Source: Mucilaginibacter sp.
GTDB taxonomy: Bacteria > Bacteroidota > Bacteroidia > Sphingobacteriales > Sphingobacteriaceae
Length of the DNA stretch: 46,790 nt
Assembly (NCBI GenBank): GCA_028287925.1
Contig: JAQBOS010000086.1
Coordinates: 1-46,790, forward strand
Direction: 5' to 3'
Shown here: positions 1 to 8,424 of the stretch, piece after piece
Layout: the number at the start of each line of letters is the position of its first letter
Position numbering within the stretch: the first letter of the stretch is position 1
Notes under the pieces: model-generated
What the model saw: the letters and a program-made list of their open reading frames with translations, nothing else
Database searches by the model: none
What the model was told of the DNA's origin: nothing
Program-made: the position numbers and the translations under genes

Positions 1-529
1 CAACTGGCAGCTGATAAACTGAACATAAGGCGTTTAATATTTTGCCGGTTAGTATATCTTTTTCTACGGCATTTATTTGCTGCAGGCCTTCAAAAGCTTC
101 CACGGCCTCATCAATAAATACGCCAGCCCCGGCGCTTGGCTCATATATTCGTTTCGGCAAAATATGAGCTTCCTTCATAGCAGCATAAATCACTCTTGGG
201 ATATAATCCGGGGTATAATAGGCCGTTTGAGAGCTACTTTTGAGGGCATCAATCGCCGATTTGTAATCAGCGGCTGATAATTTTTCTTTAAGCAAGGCAT
301 GGAGTTCCATTACCTGCGGGTATAGTTTAATATCTGGTGCGGACGCGCCGAATTTCGACCAATCAGCTATATCCCCAGGAGGAAACAATACAGCTTTTAA
401 CCCGCCAAACCCGGCATATTTTTTAAGCGTTTCCAATTCTGTTTCGGAGAGCGGCTGGGTAGTAAAGTCCAGAGCGATTCGGATGGCCGCAATATTGTCT
501 GCCATCTTCCTTACCGGATTAAATGCCAT
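1..529 (-). CDS. N6-adenine DNA methylase, probably the large methylase/helicase of ICEs; 5' part only, runs off the window
   Basis: Manual translation from ATG at 529: MAFNPVRKMADNIAAIRIAL..KYAGFGGLKAVL..TAYYTP..IYEPSAGAGVF..AVEKD; SAM-binding motif EPSAGxG; not in ORF track because it is truncated. Confidence 0.82.
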   Translation of the reverse strand, partial: MAFNPVRKMADNIAAIRIALDFTTQPLSETELETLKKYAGFGGLKAVLFPPGDIADWSKFGASAPDIKLYPQVMELHALLKEKLSAADYKSAIDALKSSSQTAYYTPDYIPRVIYAAMKEAHILPKRIYEPSAGAGVFIDEAVEAFEGLQQINAVEKDILTGKILNALCSVYQLPV

Positions 530-530
530 A

Positions 531-746
531 TTACACCTCCTGTAAATAATCTGCTATGGTGCCGATCACTTCGTACTTTAGGAAGCGGTCGTCCTCGTCC
601 AGGCCTTTGATGAGCGGCGCACAGAGTTCGAGGATATTCGTAAGCTCGTAGTGGAGAATCCCGTGGTTGGTGAAGCGCAGGTAGGCTTTCGGAAATTCTT
701 CCTCTAACACCAGCTTTACGTAATCGTAGGCTATGGAATCAGTCAT
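531..746 (-). CDS. Small hypothetical ICE protein (DUF1896-like position, just before the methylase)
   Basis: ORF 531-785; likely start MTDSIAYDY at 746 just after the traN stop; abuts the methylase start. Confidence 0.6.
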   Translation of the reverse strand: MTDSIAYDYVKLVLEEEFPKAYLRFTNHGILHYELTNILELCAPLIKGLDEDDRFLKYEVIGTIADYLQEV

Positions 747-762
747 AAAAATGGGAATAGGA

Positions 763-1557
763 TTAATTGGGCAGCGTGTCCGCATCCAGAATATCCTGGT
801 AAGAAATACTCAGGGTAACGATACGCCCGGAAAGCTGTTTTTCGCTAAGTTCAGCGTGAAGTACCTTGTTACCAGGAAAAGACATTTTTTTAAACACAAA
901 GATGTTTCGGTAATTTTTGGAGAAGGCGGGCGGGTTAAGCAGCACAAATTCCGGTTTAACCTCTACCGATTGGTTATTGGCTGCCTTGGTGACTTTTTTA
1001 TCATCTACCTTAAACCGGAAATCAGCAATGTCGTATTTCAGGTTGGTTTTATTGTGATAGCCGATATCCAGAAATATGTAATCGCCAACCGTATAAACAT
1101 GGTTCAACTGCCCTTTAATTCCAAAGGCTTTTACCTTTTCCATGCGGTTATCAGGTCTTTTGGCAATCAAACTCAGCGCCAAACCTTTCAGCTGGTTTTG
1201 AGAAAGGCCAATGCCGGAAATATCCAGCGGGTGCATGTCTTCAGGAACAATATTGATTTCTGTGGGTACACCCGGATATCCCGGTAATAACTTGTATTGA
1301 GCAATAAACTTTTCGCCAGCAACCGTAATCACTGAACCTAAAAAGGATTTGAGTGAATCCCGTAATTTTAAACGCAATACATTTTTGAGCGGCAGGTCAC
1401 CGGTAAGCTCTTTGGTGGAAATATCTACATATTGAATTGGCTCCGGCGAGATAAAGTGGATCGTCAGGTTTTCAGGAAGATAAACTACCGGCAATTTTTC
1501 CTGGGCATAAAGAGAAGGGGCGCATAGCACCAAAAGATAGAACAAAATCGTTTTCAT
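763..1557 (-). CDS. traN: Conjugative transposon protein TraN (DUF4138, VirB9-like)
   Basis: Signal peptide, TIHFISPEPIQYVDIS, ELSEKQLSGR; follows traM. Confidence 0.88.
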   Translation of the reverse strand: MKTILFYLLVLCAPSLYAQEKLPVVYLPENLTIHFISPEPIQYVDISTKELTGDLPLKNVLRLKLRDSLKSFLGSVITVAGEKFIAQYKLLPGYPGVPTEINIVPEDMHPLDISGIGLSQNQLKGLALSLIAKRPDNRMEKVKAFGIKGQLNHVYTVGDYIFLDIGYHNKTNLKYDIADFRFKVDDKKVTKAANNQSVEVKPEFVLLNPPAFSKNYRNIFVFKKMSFPGNKVLHAELSEKQLSGRIVTLSISYQDILDADTLPN

Positions 1558-1608
1558 GTTTATTTGTGTTTTAATAGTCGTTTACAGTTACTCATGTGTG
1601 CTGCTCAG

Positions 1609-2790
1609 TTAATAAGATTTCTGAGCGTTTTGCAACGCATCGGTATCGATTAGGTAGAGGTAAGAATTGTATTTAAGCTTCGCTTTGTTTTTGCGGATAA
1701 GGTCTGCAATGGCAGACGAGGTTGATTGAAAAACCTTGTCCAGTGAGCTCATGATAAATTGGCTGTTACCGGAACTGCCATCTATGGTTACGCCCTGCAC
1801 TGAATTGCTACCAAGGTCTTTCGTAAAATCCCGAAATGCGGATGATGGTACATACAGGCCGGGCAACCCGTCCATATCATAAATATCAAGTTTGACAGGA
1901 AGAATTTTCCCATCATATAGAATGGACGTTACCGACAATGTAACCCGTTGCTCTGTAAATCCGCTGACCATGGCGAAAAGGTAGGTGCCTTTTTTAATCA
2001 GGCTATTACCTGCCTTAATATCTTCCAACAATTTAAGCCGTAAACGTGAGCCTGCAAACCCAGTAACATTTTCGTCGATCACTGCACTGATAAAGGCGGG
2101 CTCTTTGTTCGGCAGAACAGTATTAAAATCTGCGGAAATAGCATCAGCCTTTTCAACAGCCAGTTTGACTTGATTTTGCTTTAGCCTGGCAACCTTATCG
2201 GCGGCCTGTTTTTTCTTCAACTCATCCTTATAGGCGGGGTCATTCGCTTTATTGATACTGTCCATGATGGCCATTTGCGCTTTGAAAACATCCATCGGGT
2301 CTTTTTCTTTGGCAATGGCCCCTACAGTAAGCGACGGATTAGCCCGCCTGTTGTTCATCGCCTCAATTGCTTTGGCAACCTGTCTGTCATGTGATAAGGC
2401 TATTTGTTGATCCTGCCTGATATTGGTCGAATTACCTGTACCAAATTTTAATTTCATAGCCTGCTGAATGGAATCCAGCCTATTCTTTTGCTTTTCAGAA
2501 TAATCATTGTTAAAGGCGGGATTACTTGAATTTTCACGGGGGATCACATTCACGGCGGTTAAGCCGTCTGCCTCCTTGTAGGTATTTCGGTACGCATCAA
2601 GTTTATCCGTTAATTGCTTTTTTCGCACATCGGCCGAAACATCACCAACCGACCCATTCAGCCCTGCATTTTCCTTAACCGTTGGCTTTGGCTTTGAAAA
2701 ACCGCTATGCCAGGCATAAAAGAAAAGGCACAAAAAGGGCAAAAGGATAAGTGGCAACACATATTTGGGCTGCTTAAAATTAATTTTCAT
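1609..2790 (-). CDS. traM: Conjugative transposon protein TraM (VirB10-like)
   Basis: N-terminal TM helix; C-terminal AVIDEN..GSRLRLKLLE, YDMDGLPGLYVP. Confidence 0.92.
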   Translation of the reverse strand: MKINFKQPKYVLPLILLPFLCLFFYAWHSGFSKPKPTVKENAGLNGSVGDVSADVRKKQLTDKLDAYRNTYKEADGLTAVNVIPRENSSNPAFNNDYSEKQKNRLDSIQQAMKLKFGTGNSTNIRQDQQIALSHDRQVAKAIEAMNNRRANPSLTVGAIAKEKDPMDVFKAQMAIMDSINKANDPAYKDELKKKQAADKVARLKQNQVKLAVEKADAISADFNTVLPNKEPAFISAVIDENVTGFAGSRLRLKLLEDIKAGNSLIKKGTYLFAMVSGFTEQRVTLSVTSILYDGKILPVKLDIYDMDGLPGLYVPSSAFRDFTKDLGSNSVQGVTIDGSSGNSQFIMSSLDKVFQSTSSAIADLIRKNKAKLKYNSYLYLIDTDALQNAQKSY

Positions 2791-2796
2791 ACGATT

Positions 2797-3210
2797 TTAT
2801 TTGAGTAAATGGTGAATTTTGGATAGGCGGTTAAGGGCGCTATCCAATAACGTGCTGTCTTCAGCTGAAAGCTGTCTTTTGGCCGTGAGGCTATCCACCA
2901 GCTTTTTAAGTTTCATCGTTTCCCGTATATTACCGGTTGCCAGTAAGATCTGGCTAAAGCCATCCTCTACGGGGTTGACTTTTTTTACCACGGTTATATT
3001 GGCTTTTTCGGGTTTGCGGAAAACTGTAAATGACAGCACAAATGATAGTGCCATCAGGAAGATCATACAACCCAAAAGGAATTTTGGGTAGGCACTCGCC
3101 AGTCGCTTGGCTGCATTCCCGGCAATAGCGAAATAGTTGCTAAATTCTTTATGAATTTCACTGTACAGTGTATCCCTCGGATCTCTGTTAGAATGTATTC
3201 TTTTCCACAT
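2797..3210 (-). CDS. TraL-like single-TM conjugation protein
   Basis: Lies between traK and traM, one TM helix; likely start MWKRIHSNRDP at 3210 (ORF track extends to 3261). Confidence 0.7.
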   Translation of the reverse strand: MWKRIHSNRDPRDTLYSEIHKEFSNYFAIAGNAAKRLASAYPKFLLGCMIFLMALSFVLSFTVFRKPEKANITVVKKVNPVEDGFSQILLATGNIRETMKLKKLVDSLTAKRQLSAEDSTLLDSALNRLSKIHHLLK

Positions 3211-3802
3211 CTTGCAGGTCTTTATTTTCAAGGGTTTTCCAATTGGTAATGAGGACACCATGCGGGTTGTTATCGCTTCGCGGGATATCTTTCAGGTTAC
3301 CTTCGGTAATCAGGGAACGGACAACCGTGGAGCTGCGCCGGTCAATTTTGAGTTTCCCGTAAAAACGGAAATAGTGTTTCGGCAAATCCACAGAGATGGA
3401 ATCCGTTTGCAACGTTAATACTGAACTCGAAGAAAGAATTGAGTTAAAAAAACCATTCTCCTTTAGGTTATTATACTGTTGCATCCCCGATTCATCCACG
3501 AGGTACATGGCCTTTTTCATCTGGTATTCCATGTAATTATCATCCGGGGTTAAGGAAAAAAAAAGGGAATGGAAAAGGTCAACATCAGCCCTGTATTCGG
3601 CTGGACGGTTCATCTGCACATCAGTTTGCCGCGCAAGAATTGGGATATTATTATCCAGGATATAAATACTTTTTTGCGCATTAGATACCATCTTATAAGC
3701 GTATAGACAATTCATGCCGACGATGATCAGCGAGGTAAGCAGGCTACCGGCCGCAATGAACGTCGCTAACCTTATTTTGGCTTCAATATTTTTTATGATC
3801 AT
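3188..3802 (-). CDS. traK: Conjugative transposon protein TraK (VirB8-like)
   Basis: FHSLFFSLTPD, RSDNNPHGVLITNWKTLENKD. Confidence 0.93.
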   Translation of the reverse strand: MIIKNIEAKIRLATFIAAGSLLTSLIIVGMNCLYAYKMVSNAQKSIYILDNNIPILARQTDVQMNRPAEYRADVDLFHSLFFSLTPDDNYMEYQMKKAMYLVDESGMQQYNNLKENGFFNSILSSSSVLTLQTDSISVDLPKHYFRFYGKLKIDRRSSTVVRSLITEGNLKDIPRSDNNPHGVLITNWKTLENKDLQDVEKNTF

Positions 3803-3814
3803 GATAAAAAGCGT

Positions 3815-3851
3815 AAAATTAAAAGGCCGGCCCGCATTTGCGGGTCAGCCT
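3815..3851 (-). terminator. Intrinsic terminator-like hairpin between traJ and traK
   Basis: Minus strand AGGCTGACCCGCA-AA-TGCGGGCCGGCCT followed by TTTAATTTT. Confidence 0.6.
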
Positions 3852-3883
3852 GACATCAAAGGAAAAAGAGAAAAAAGAAGATT

Positions 3884-5041
3884 TTAAAAGAAGCTTCCCG
3901 TTGCTTTTCTGGCCATACTTACCACTGTTCCCGCGCTGCGACCAAAAGTTGAGGTCGCTGAACTGATACCTGATGTGGAGATGATCCAGGTAGAGATACT
4001 TGGAACAGTGAACATGCAGATAGCCCCGATGAGGAATACAATAATCACGGTGCCAAATGATAGGATACCGTTTCCCGCAAACCAGGCCATTTTTTCAAGA
4101 TTTGCACTTAGTCCGTTTTCGCCGACCAGTTCTTTGTATTTACTAATCTCAGAGGTGAGTGCATATTCCTGCATCAGCCCTGTGAGATACATAATCAAAT
4201 AGGCAATGCCACTGTACAGGTTCACGGAAATAAAACGGGCGATCCACGTGCTGAAGCTATCGCGGAATGCCGGCAGAATACTGACGGCTACGGCGAAAGG
4301 TCCAAGGATAATCAGGATGGTGGAGTAAATGATCTGTATCATAAATATGATATAGGTTGCCAAACGTAAGATCCATATCCCCAACAGTTCCAGCAATTGG
4401 GTAAAGAGCAGCTGCATACCCACGGTAAGCCGGTTCTTTAATTCCAGTAGTGGAGAAACAACACTACTTATCCCTTGCTTAACGGTGCTGGTTACAGAAT
4501 CCCAGGCTTGCCCGTACCAGGTGTCACTTTCTTTTTCTGCAACCTCGGTTTGAGCCTGGTAGGTATAAAGGGAATTGGCAACAGCGAGCATCAGGTTGGA
4601 GCGGTTTAGCCGTAAGTTATCAACTGTGGTTTGCTCACTGTTAAACATCTGTTCCGTTTGATTGGCCACCAGGTCAGTAGGAAACGCGATCATTTTAACG
4701 AAGGCACCCCACCATAATATGATCATGGCTAATCCAAAAGGGCGCAACAGCGGCATAATCTCCAACTGTTTGTCTCCGGCCATCATTTCATAGGACTTGA
4801 TCGCGAAAAATATGATCATAAAAATGGCCGCAAGCGCTTTTGCATCAGTAATAAACAAATCGAAATGTGTCCAGACCGAATTCTTAAGTCCTTTTAGAAA
4901 TACCATGACACCGGCTTCATAAACGCCGTCACCCTGGAGAAACTGTAAAGTTTTGGTATTGTCTGTATTGGTAGTGGTTTGAGCAAATACTGCCGTGATA
5001 CAAAGGCACAGCAGTAGCAATAGTGTTATTTTCTTTTTCAT
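3884..5041 (-). CDS. traJ: TraJ-like polytopic membrane protein (VirB6-like)
   Basis: PLLRPF, ILGPFAVAVSILPAF, FTVPSISTWII; multiple TM helices; precedes traK. Confidence 0.85.
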   Translation of the reverse strand: MKKKITLLLLLCLCITAVFAQTTTNTDNTKTLQFLQGDGVYEAGVMVFLKGLKNSVWTHFDLFITDAKALAAIFMIIFFAIKSYEMMAGDKQLEIMPLLRPFGLAMIILWWGAFVKMIAFPTDLVANQTEQMFNSEQTTVDNLRLNRSNLMLAVANSLYTYQAQTEVAEKESDTWYGQAWDSVTSTVKQGISSVVSPLLELKNRLTVGMQLLFTQLLELLGIWILRLATYIIFMIQIIYSTILIILGPFAVAVSILPAFRDSFSTWIARFISVNLYSGIAYLIMYLTGLMQEYALTSEISKYKELVGENGLSANLEKMAWFAGNGILSFGTVIIVFLIGAICMFTVPSISTWIISTSGISSATSTFGRSAGTVVSMARKATGSFF

Positions 5042-5820
5042 TGCAGGTGTTGTAAAACTTGGTTGGCGATCTGGATGTCCGTTTGCGGTGTCCAGTTGCT
5101 GACAGTTACCTGGTTAGCTTTAAGTTTTTGCTGCTGGGCGGTCATATTTAACGTAACCTGGGCCGATGAAGTTCGGACCGCCCAGACACCTGCCAGCTGG
5201 CGGTATTCCATCAGGTAGCGGTGATAGGCCAGGATTCGGGAGCCACGATCCATTGTAGTGGAGTGTGCTGCATTGATTCGTTCCTTTAACATATCCAGCT
5301 CGTTTTTATACCAACTATATAAGCCTTCAGAAACCAGTTTGATACTGACCTGGGGAGAAAGGCCTGCTAAAATGGAAGCCATAGAATTATTAAGCACCGG
5401 TTTCAGTTCATTACGGTAATATAATTGCCATAAAGGGTCGGCATCGGATATCAAGCCGGACTGATTGGCAATTTCGGATAACGCCGTATTGCGCACGGTA
5501 TCCGACTGTAGTTTATATTTATTATCCGTAGTGTTCATCGCAGCAACTAATGCAAGGCGTTGTGTCTGAGGACCGGTACCACTGAGCGGGCGTAAATCAG
5601 TTTTGTGATAATTGGGATGAAAGAGGCCCCAGGTCAACCAGTAATATGGATTAAGGCTCAGAAACCCGGCTTTGGGTTCAAATTTGTTTTGGTCCCATTG
5701 CAGGTAAACCATACGTTCCTCTTGGTATCGGACGGCTTTGTCCTGTGCGGCGGACTGGCTGAAACACTGATGAATCAATGCGAGCCATAAAAACGGTAGT
5801 GGAATTAAGAATTTTTTCAT
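5038..5820 (-). CDS. Exported conjugation protein (TraI-like position)
   Basis: Signal peptide, YYWLTWGLFHPNY motif, 4-bp overlap with traJ. Confidence 0.65.
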   Translation of the reverse strand: MKKFLIPLPFLWLALIHQCFSQSAAQDKAVRYQEERMVYLQWDQNKFEPKAGFLSLNPYYWLTWGLFHPNYHKTDLRPLSGTGPQTQRLALVAAMNTTDNKYKLQSDTVRNTALSEIANQSGLISDADPLWQLYYRNELKPVLNNSMASILAGLSPQVSIKLVSEGLYSWYKNELDMLKERINAAHSTTMDRGSRILAYHRYLMEYRQLAGVWAVRTSSAQVTLNMTAQQQKLKANQVTVSNWTPQTDIQIANQVLQHLQ

Positions 5821-5875
5821 GTATAAATTGTTTTAAACTGCTTTTAACTATCATCCGGGTGCATCGGAGTGATGG

Positions 5876-6553
5876 TCATTGGTGTAAGTATTTAGCATTT
5901 TGAATGATTTGATTTACAATCCGGGTATCCTGACTGATGAAACCAGCAAATGGATTGAGTGACGCAATCACGCCGCGCTCCTTTGCCCAATACATGGCTT
6001 TCCAGGTACCATAGGCTAATCCATCTAATATTTGTAATTGGGTAATTACTTTGCGTAATAGCTGGTCACGGGAGTTATAGTCGGCCAGTACGTTATTGCC
6101 TTCTTTAAGAATGTAGCCTGAAACATCTGTAACCAGGGCCAGTGATCTTTTTCGCATTTCAGAGGCCATATTTCCGGCGAATACCAAAAGGTAAGGCTCG
6201 CTTTTAGCCAAATCCAATGCCTGGTTAATATAACCCGTTATATCAGCAACAATCACAGCCATGTTTTTAACTGCAAGTCCATCCTTTAAAGCGGAATTGA
6301 CATTGGATAATCCATTATAAATCATGGTTTGCGCCAGGACAACGGAACCCACATTGGTATTCAGGTCATTGATATTATTATTGATCTTGCCGAGATACTG
6401 GTCATGGGTCACTTCGGCGCTACTCCTTACTGCAGCATTCTGAGAAACCGCAACAAGGTGCTGGTAATCGATCACATATTGCTGCGCCATTAGTGAAGGT
6501 GAAAGGTAAAAGGCGAAAAGCAAAAGCAGTCCGAAGAATCTTTTTTTCATCAT
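5876..6553 (-). CDS. Exported helical conjugation protein, paralog 3 (C-terminal NAKYL)
   Basis: Signal peptide; similar to the products of 6550-7215 and 7747-8424. Confidence 0.7.
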   Translation of the reverse strand: MMKKRFFGLLLLFAFYLSPSLMAQQYVIDYQHLVAVSQNAAVRSSAEVTHDQYLGKINNNINDLNTNVGSVVLAQTMIYNGLSNVNSALKDGLAVKNMAVIVADITGYINQALDLAKSEPYLLVFAGNMASEMRKRSLALVTDVSGYILKEGNNVLADYNSRDQLLRKVITQLQILDGLAYGTWKAMYWAKERGVIASLNPFAGFISQDTRIVNQIIQNAKYLHQ

Positions 6554-7215
6554 TTTAAGTATTTAGCATTTTGAATGATGTCACTGCCGATAGACTTATC
6601 AGCATCTATAAAATTCTGAAAGGGGTTCGCCGCCCTTAACAGGGAAGCGAGGCTGGAGTATTGCATGATATTGAGCATGTTCCCGGACAGGTTTTGGATG
6701 TTGCTCAGTTCGGAGATCACATAATCAAAAAGCAATTTCCGGTCGGACGCCTTCATTTGGTTGACATCTGCGATGGATAAGCTGAGACCGGTAACATAAG
6801 CCACCAGGCTTTTGGCCTGTAATGCGAATTGCAAAGCGGATTGGTAACCTATAGCGATTAAAGCAGGATTTTTTTGTACCAACTGTACAATCTGCGACTG
6901 ATTGCTGACGATGCGTTCCACCATGGGCGTCGCATAAATACCGATGTCTGCAATATTAATGGCAGTGCTGAGGGTATTATATCGCTGCTGCAAAGTCCGG
7001 TACATTTTTTTCATCTTATCCAGCAAGGTGAGATTGGCTTGCTCGTTTGCAGTTGCCACCGCCTGTTGGTTCTTTGCTTTTACTTGGAGTTTATTTTCAG
7101 ATTCTGATTCATCAACCAGTTGGTGCAGTGCCGGAATGTCCAATATTTTTTGCTGAGCGAAAGTGTTCGCCGCTCCGGCAAGCAAAGCGGTGAACAATAT
7201 GATTATAGTTTTCAT
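6550..7215 (-). CDS. Exported helical conjugation protein, paralog 2 (C-terminal NAKYL)
   Basis: Likely start MKTIIILFTALL at 7215 gives a clean signal peptide (ORF track extends to 7335). Confidence 0.7.
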   Translation of the reverse strand: MKTIIILFTALLAGAANTFAQQKILDIPALHQLVDESESENKLQVKAKNQQAVATANEQANLTLLDKMKKMYRTLQQRYNTLSTAINIADIGIYATPMVERIVSNQSQIVQLVQKNPALIAIGYQSALQFALQAKSLVAYVTGLSLSIADVNQMKASDRKLLFDYVISELSNIQNLSGNMLNIMQYSSLASLLRAANPFQNFIDADKSIGSDIIQNAKYLK

Positions 7216-7219
7216 GATA

Positions 7220-7750
7220 CTATTTGATTTTCTGATCATTTCTGTGAAACACTGTCCAGCCAGGGCGGCGGGTCCATCCGTACAACTGGAGCCTCCTCGA
7301 ACCAGGGAATTCCATTTCGAGTAATTCATAAGCATCTTTCGGCTTTGCTAATCTGTTCGTTACCATTCCGGTAAATGCCGATTCGATCATATTCATGTAC
7401 TCATTGGAAAATGCAGGTATTTTTCCTTTGCTGCCAACCAGCAGGAACTCAACGGTCTTTTCATAACTGCCTGGTTTCCATTTTGGTCGTACCCACATAA
7501 TAGATCCACGCATTTCGTAACCTAACCGGGACATATATGCTCTGCAGTCTATCACATTTTTTTGGTTGACCCACAAATAAACCATATGATCCGAAGAGGT
7601 GAAGTCCCTCAGGGTATGCTCTATAAATTCGAATGCTTCAAGTGCACGTTGTGTTTTTGGCGGGATTTCGTCGCCTAAGATTATTGGCCTTCTTCTATAT
7701 ACACCAAAACGTTTCCATGGCGGACAAACCATAACCATATCAAATTTCAT
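7220..7750 (-). CDS. MT-A70-family methyltransferase-like protein with DPPW changed to CPPW
   Basis: KFDMVMVCPPW, YLWV, IMWVRP, EFLLVGSKG, KPKDAYELLE..PGSRRLQLYG..RPGWTVF follow the MT-A70 motif order; ATGA overlap with the upstream gene. Confidence 0.72.
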   Translation of the reverse strand: MKFDMVMVCPPWKRFGVYRRRPIILGDEIPPKTQRALEAFEFIEHTLRDFTSSDHMVYLWVNQKNVIDCRAYMSRLGYEMRGSIMWVRPKWKPGSYEKTVEFLLVGSKGKIPAFSNEYMNMIESAFTGMVTNRLAKPKDAYELLEMEFPGSRRLQLYGWTRRPGWTVFHRNDQKIK

Positions 7751-8424
7751 GGCTTGAGGTATTTAGCGTTAGTTAATACATCATTGGCAATTCTGACATC
7801 CTGATTTTGCCATTCTGCCCAGGGGTTAAGCGAACGAAAAATGCCGTTGATCTTCGCCCAGTACATGGCCCGGTCCATACCATAGGCGATGCCACGCAGG
7901 ATGCGCATTTCATCCGCGATATGATTTAACATTTTACCGCGCTCGCCGGAATCCATCAAATTTTTCCCACCCTTAAGAACGAATGCGCTCACATCAGCCG
8001 CAAGTGTTGCCGCCCTTGTTTCAAAATCGCGGGCACCCTGTTCAGCAAAAAGCAACAATACCGGATCGGATTTGGCCAGGGTTATAGAGGCCTCCACATC
8101 GTTGACGATATCGGTTCCGCACTCTGCGATTTCCTTAATGGTCGTTAGGTTATTAATTACTGAAGCGACCTGGCTAAGTCCCTGATAGATTTTGTTTTGC
8201 AGGTCGTTTACGATAACAAGCTGGCCGGTAACGGCAAGCTGACCTTTTTGGATCAGGTCAAGTTTATTGTTGGTCGTATTTAACTGGCCGTTGATGACAC
8301 CGGCGTTAATGGCAATAGCGGCTGATACTGCAGGGTCAACGGTTAAGGTTTGCGACATAGCTTTGCAAAAAGGCAGGCTAAGCAGTATAGCTGAAATTGC
8401 TAATTTAAAATTATAGATTTTCAT
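7747..8424 (-). CDS. Exported helical conjugation protein, paralog 1 (C-terminal NAKYL)
   Basis: Signal peptide; abuts the traG stop; LAKSDPVLLLFA matches LAKSEPYLLVFA in paralog 3. Confidence 0.72.
   Translation of the reverse strand: MKIYNFKLAISAILLSLPFCKAMSQTLTVDPAVSAAIAINAGVINGQLNTTNNKLDLIQKGQLAVTGQLVIVNDLQNKIYQGLSQVASVINNLTTIKEIAECGTDIVNDVEASITLAKSDPVLLLFAEQGARDFETRAATLAADVSAFVLKGGKNLMDSGERGKMLNHIADEMRILRGIAYGMDRAMYWAKINGIFRSLNPWAEWQNQDVRIANDVLTNAKYLKP

Noticed and set aside
77-277. 66-aa plus-strand ORF
   Set aside because: Antisense to the truncated methylase gene
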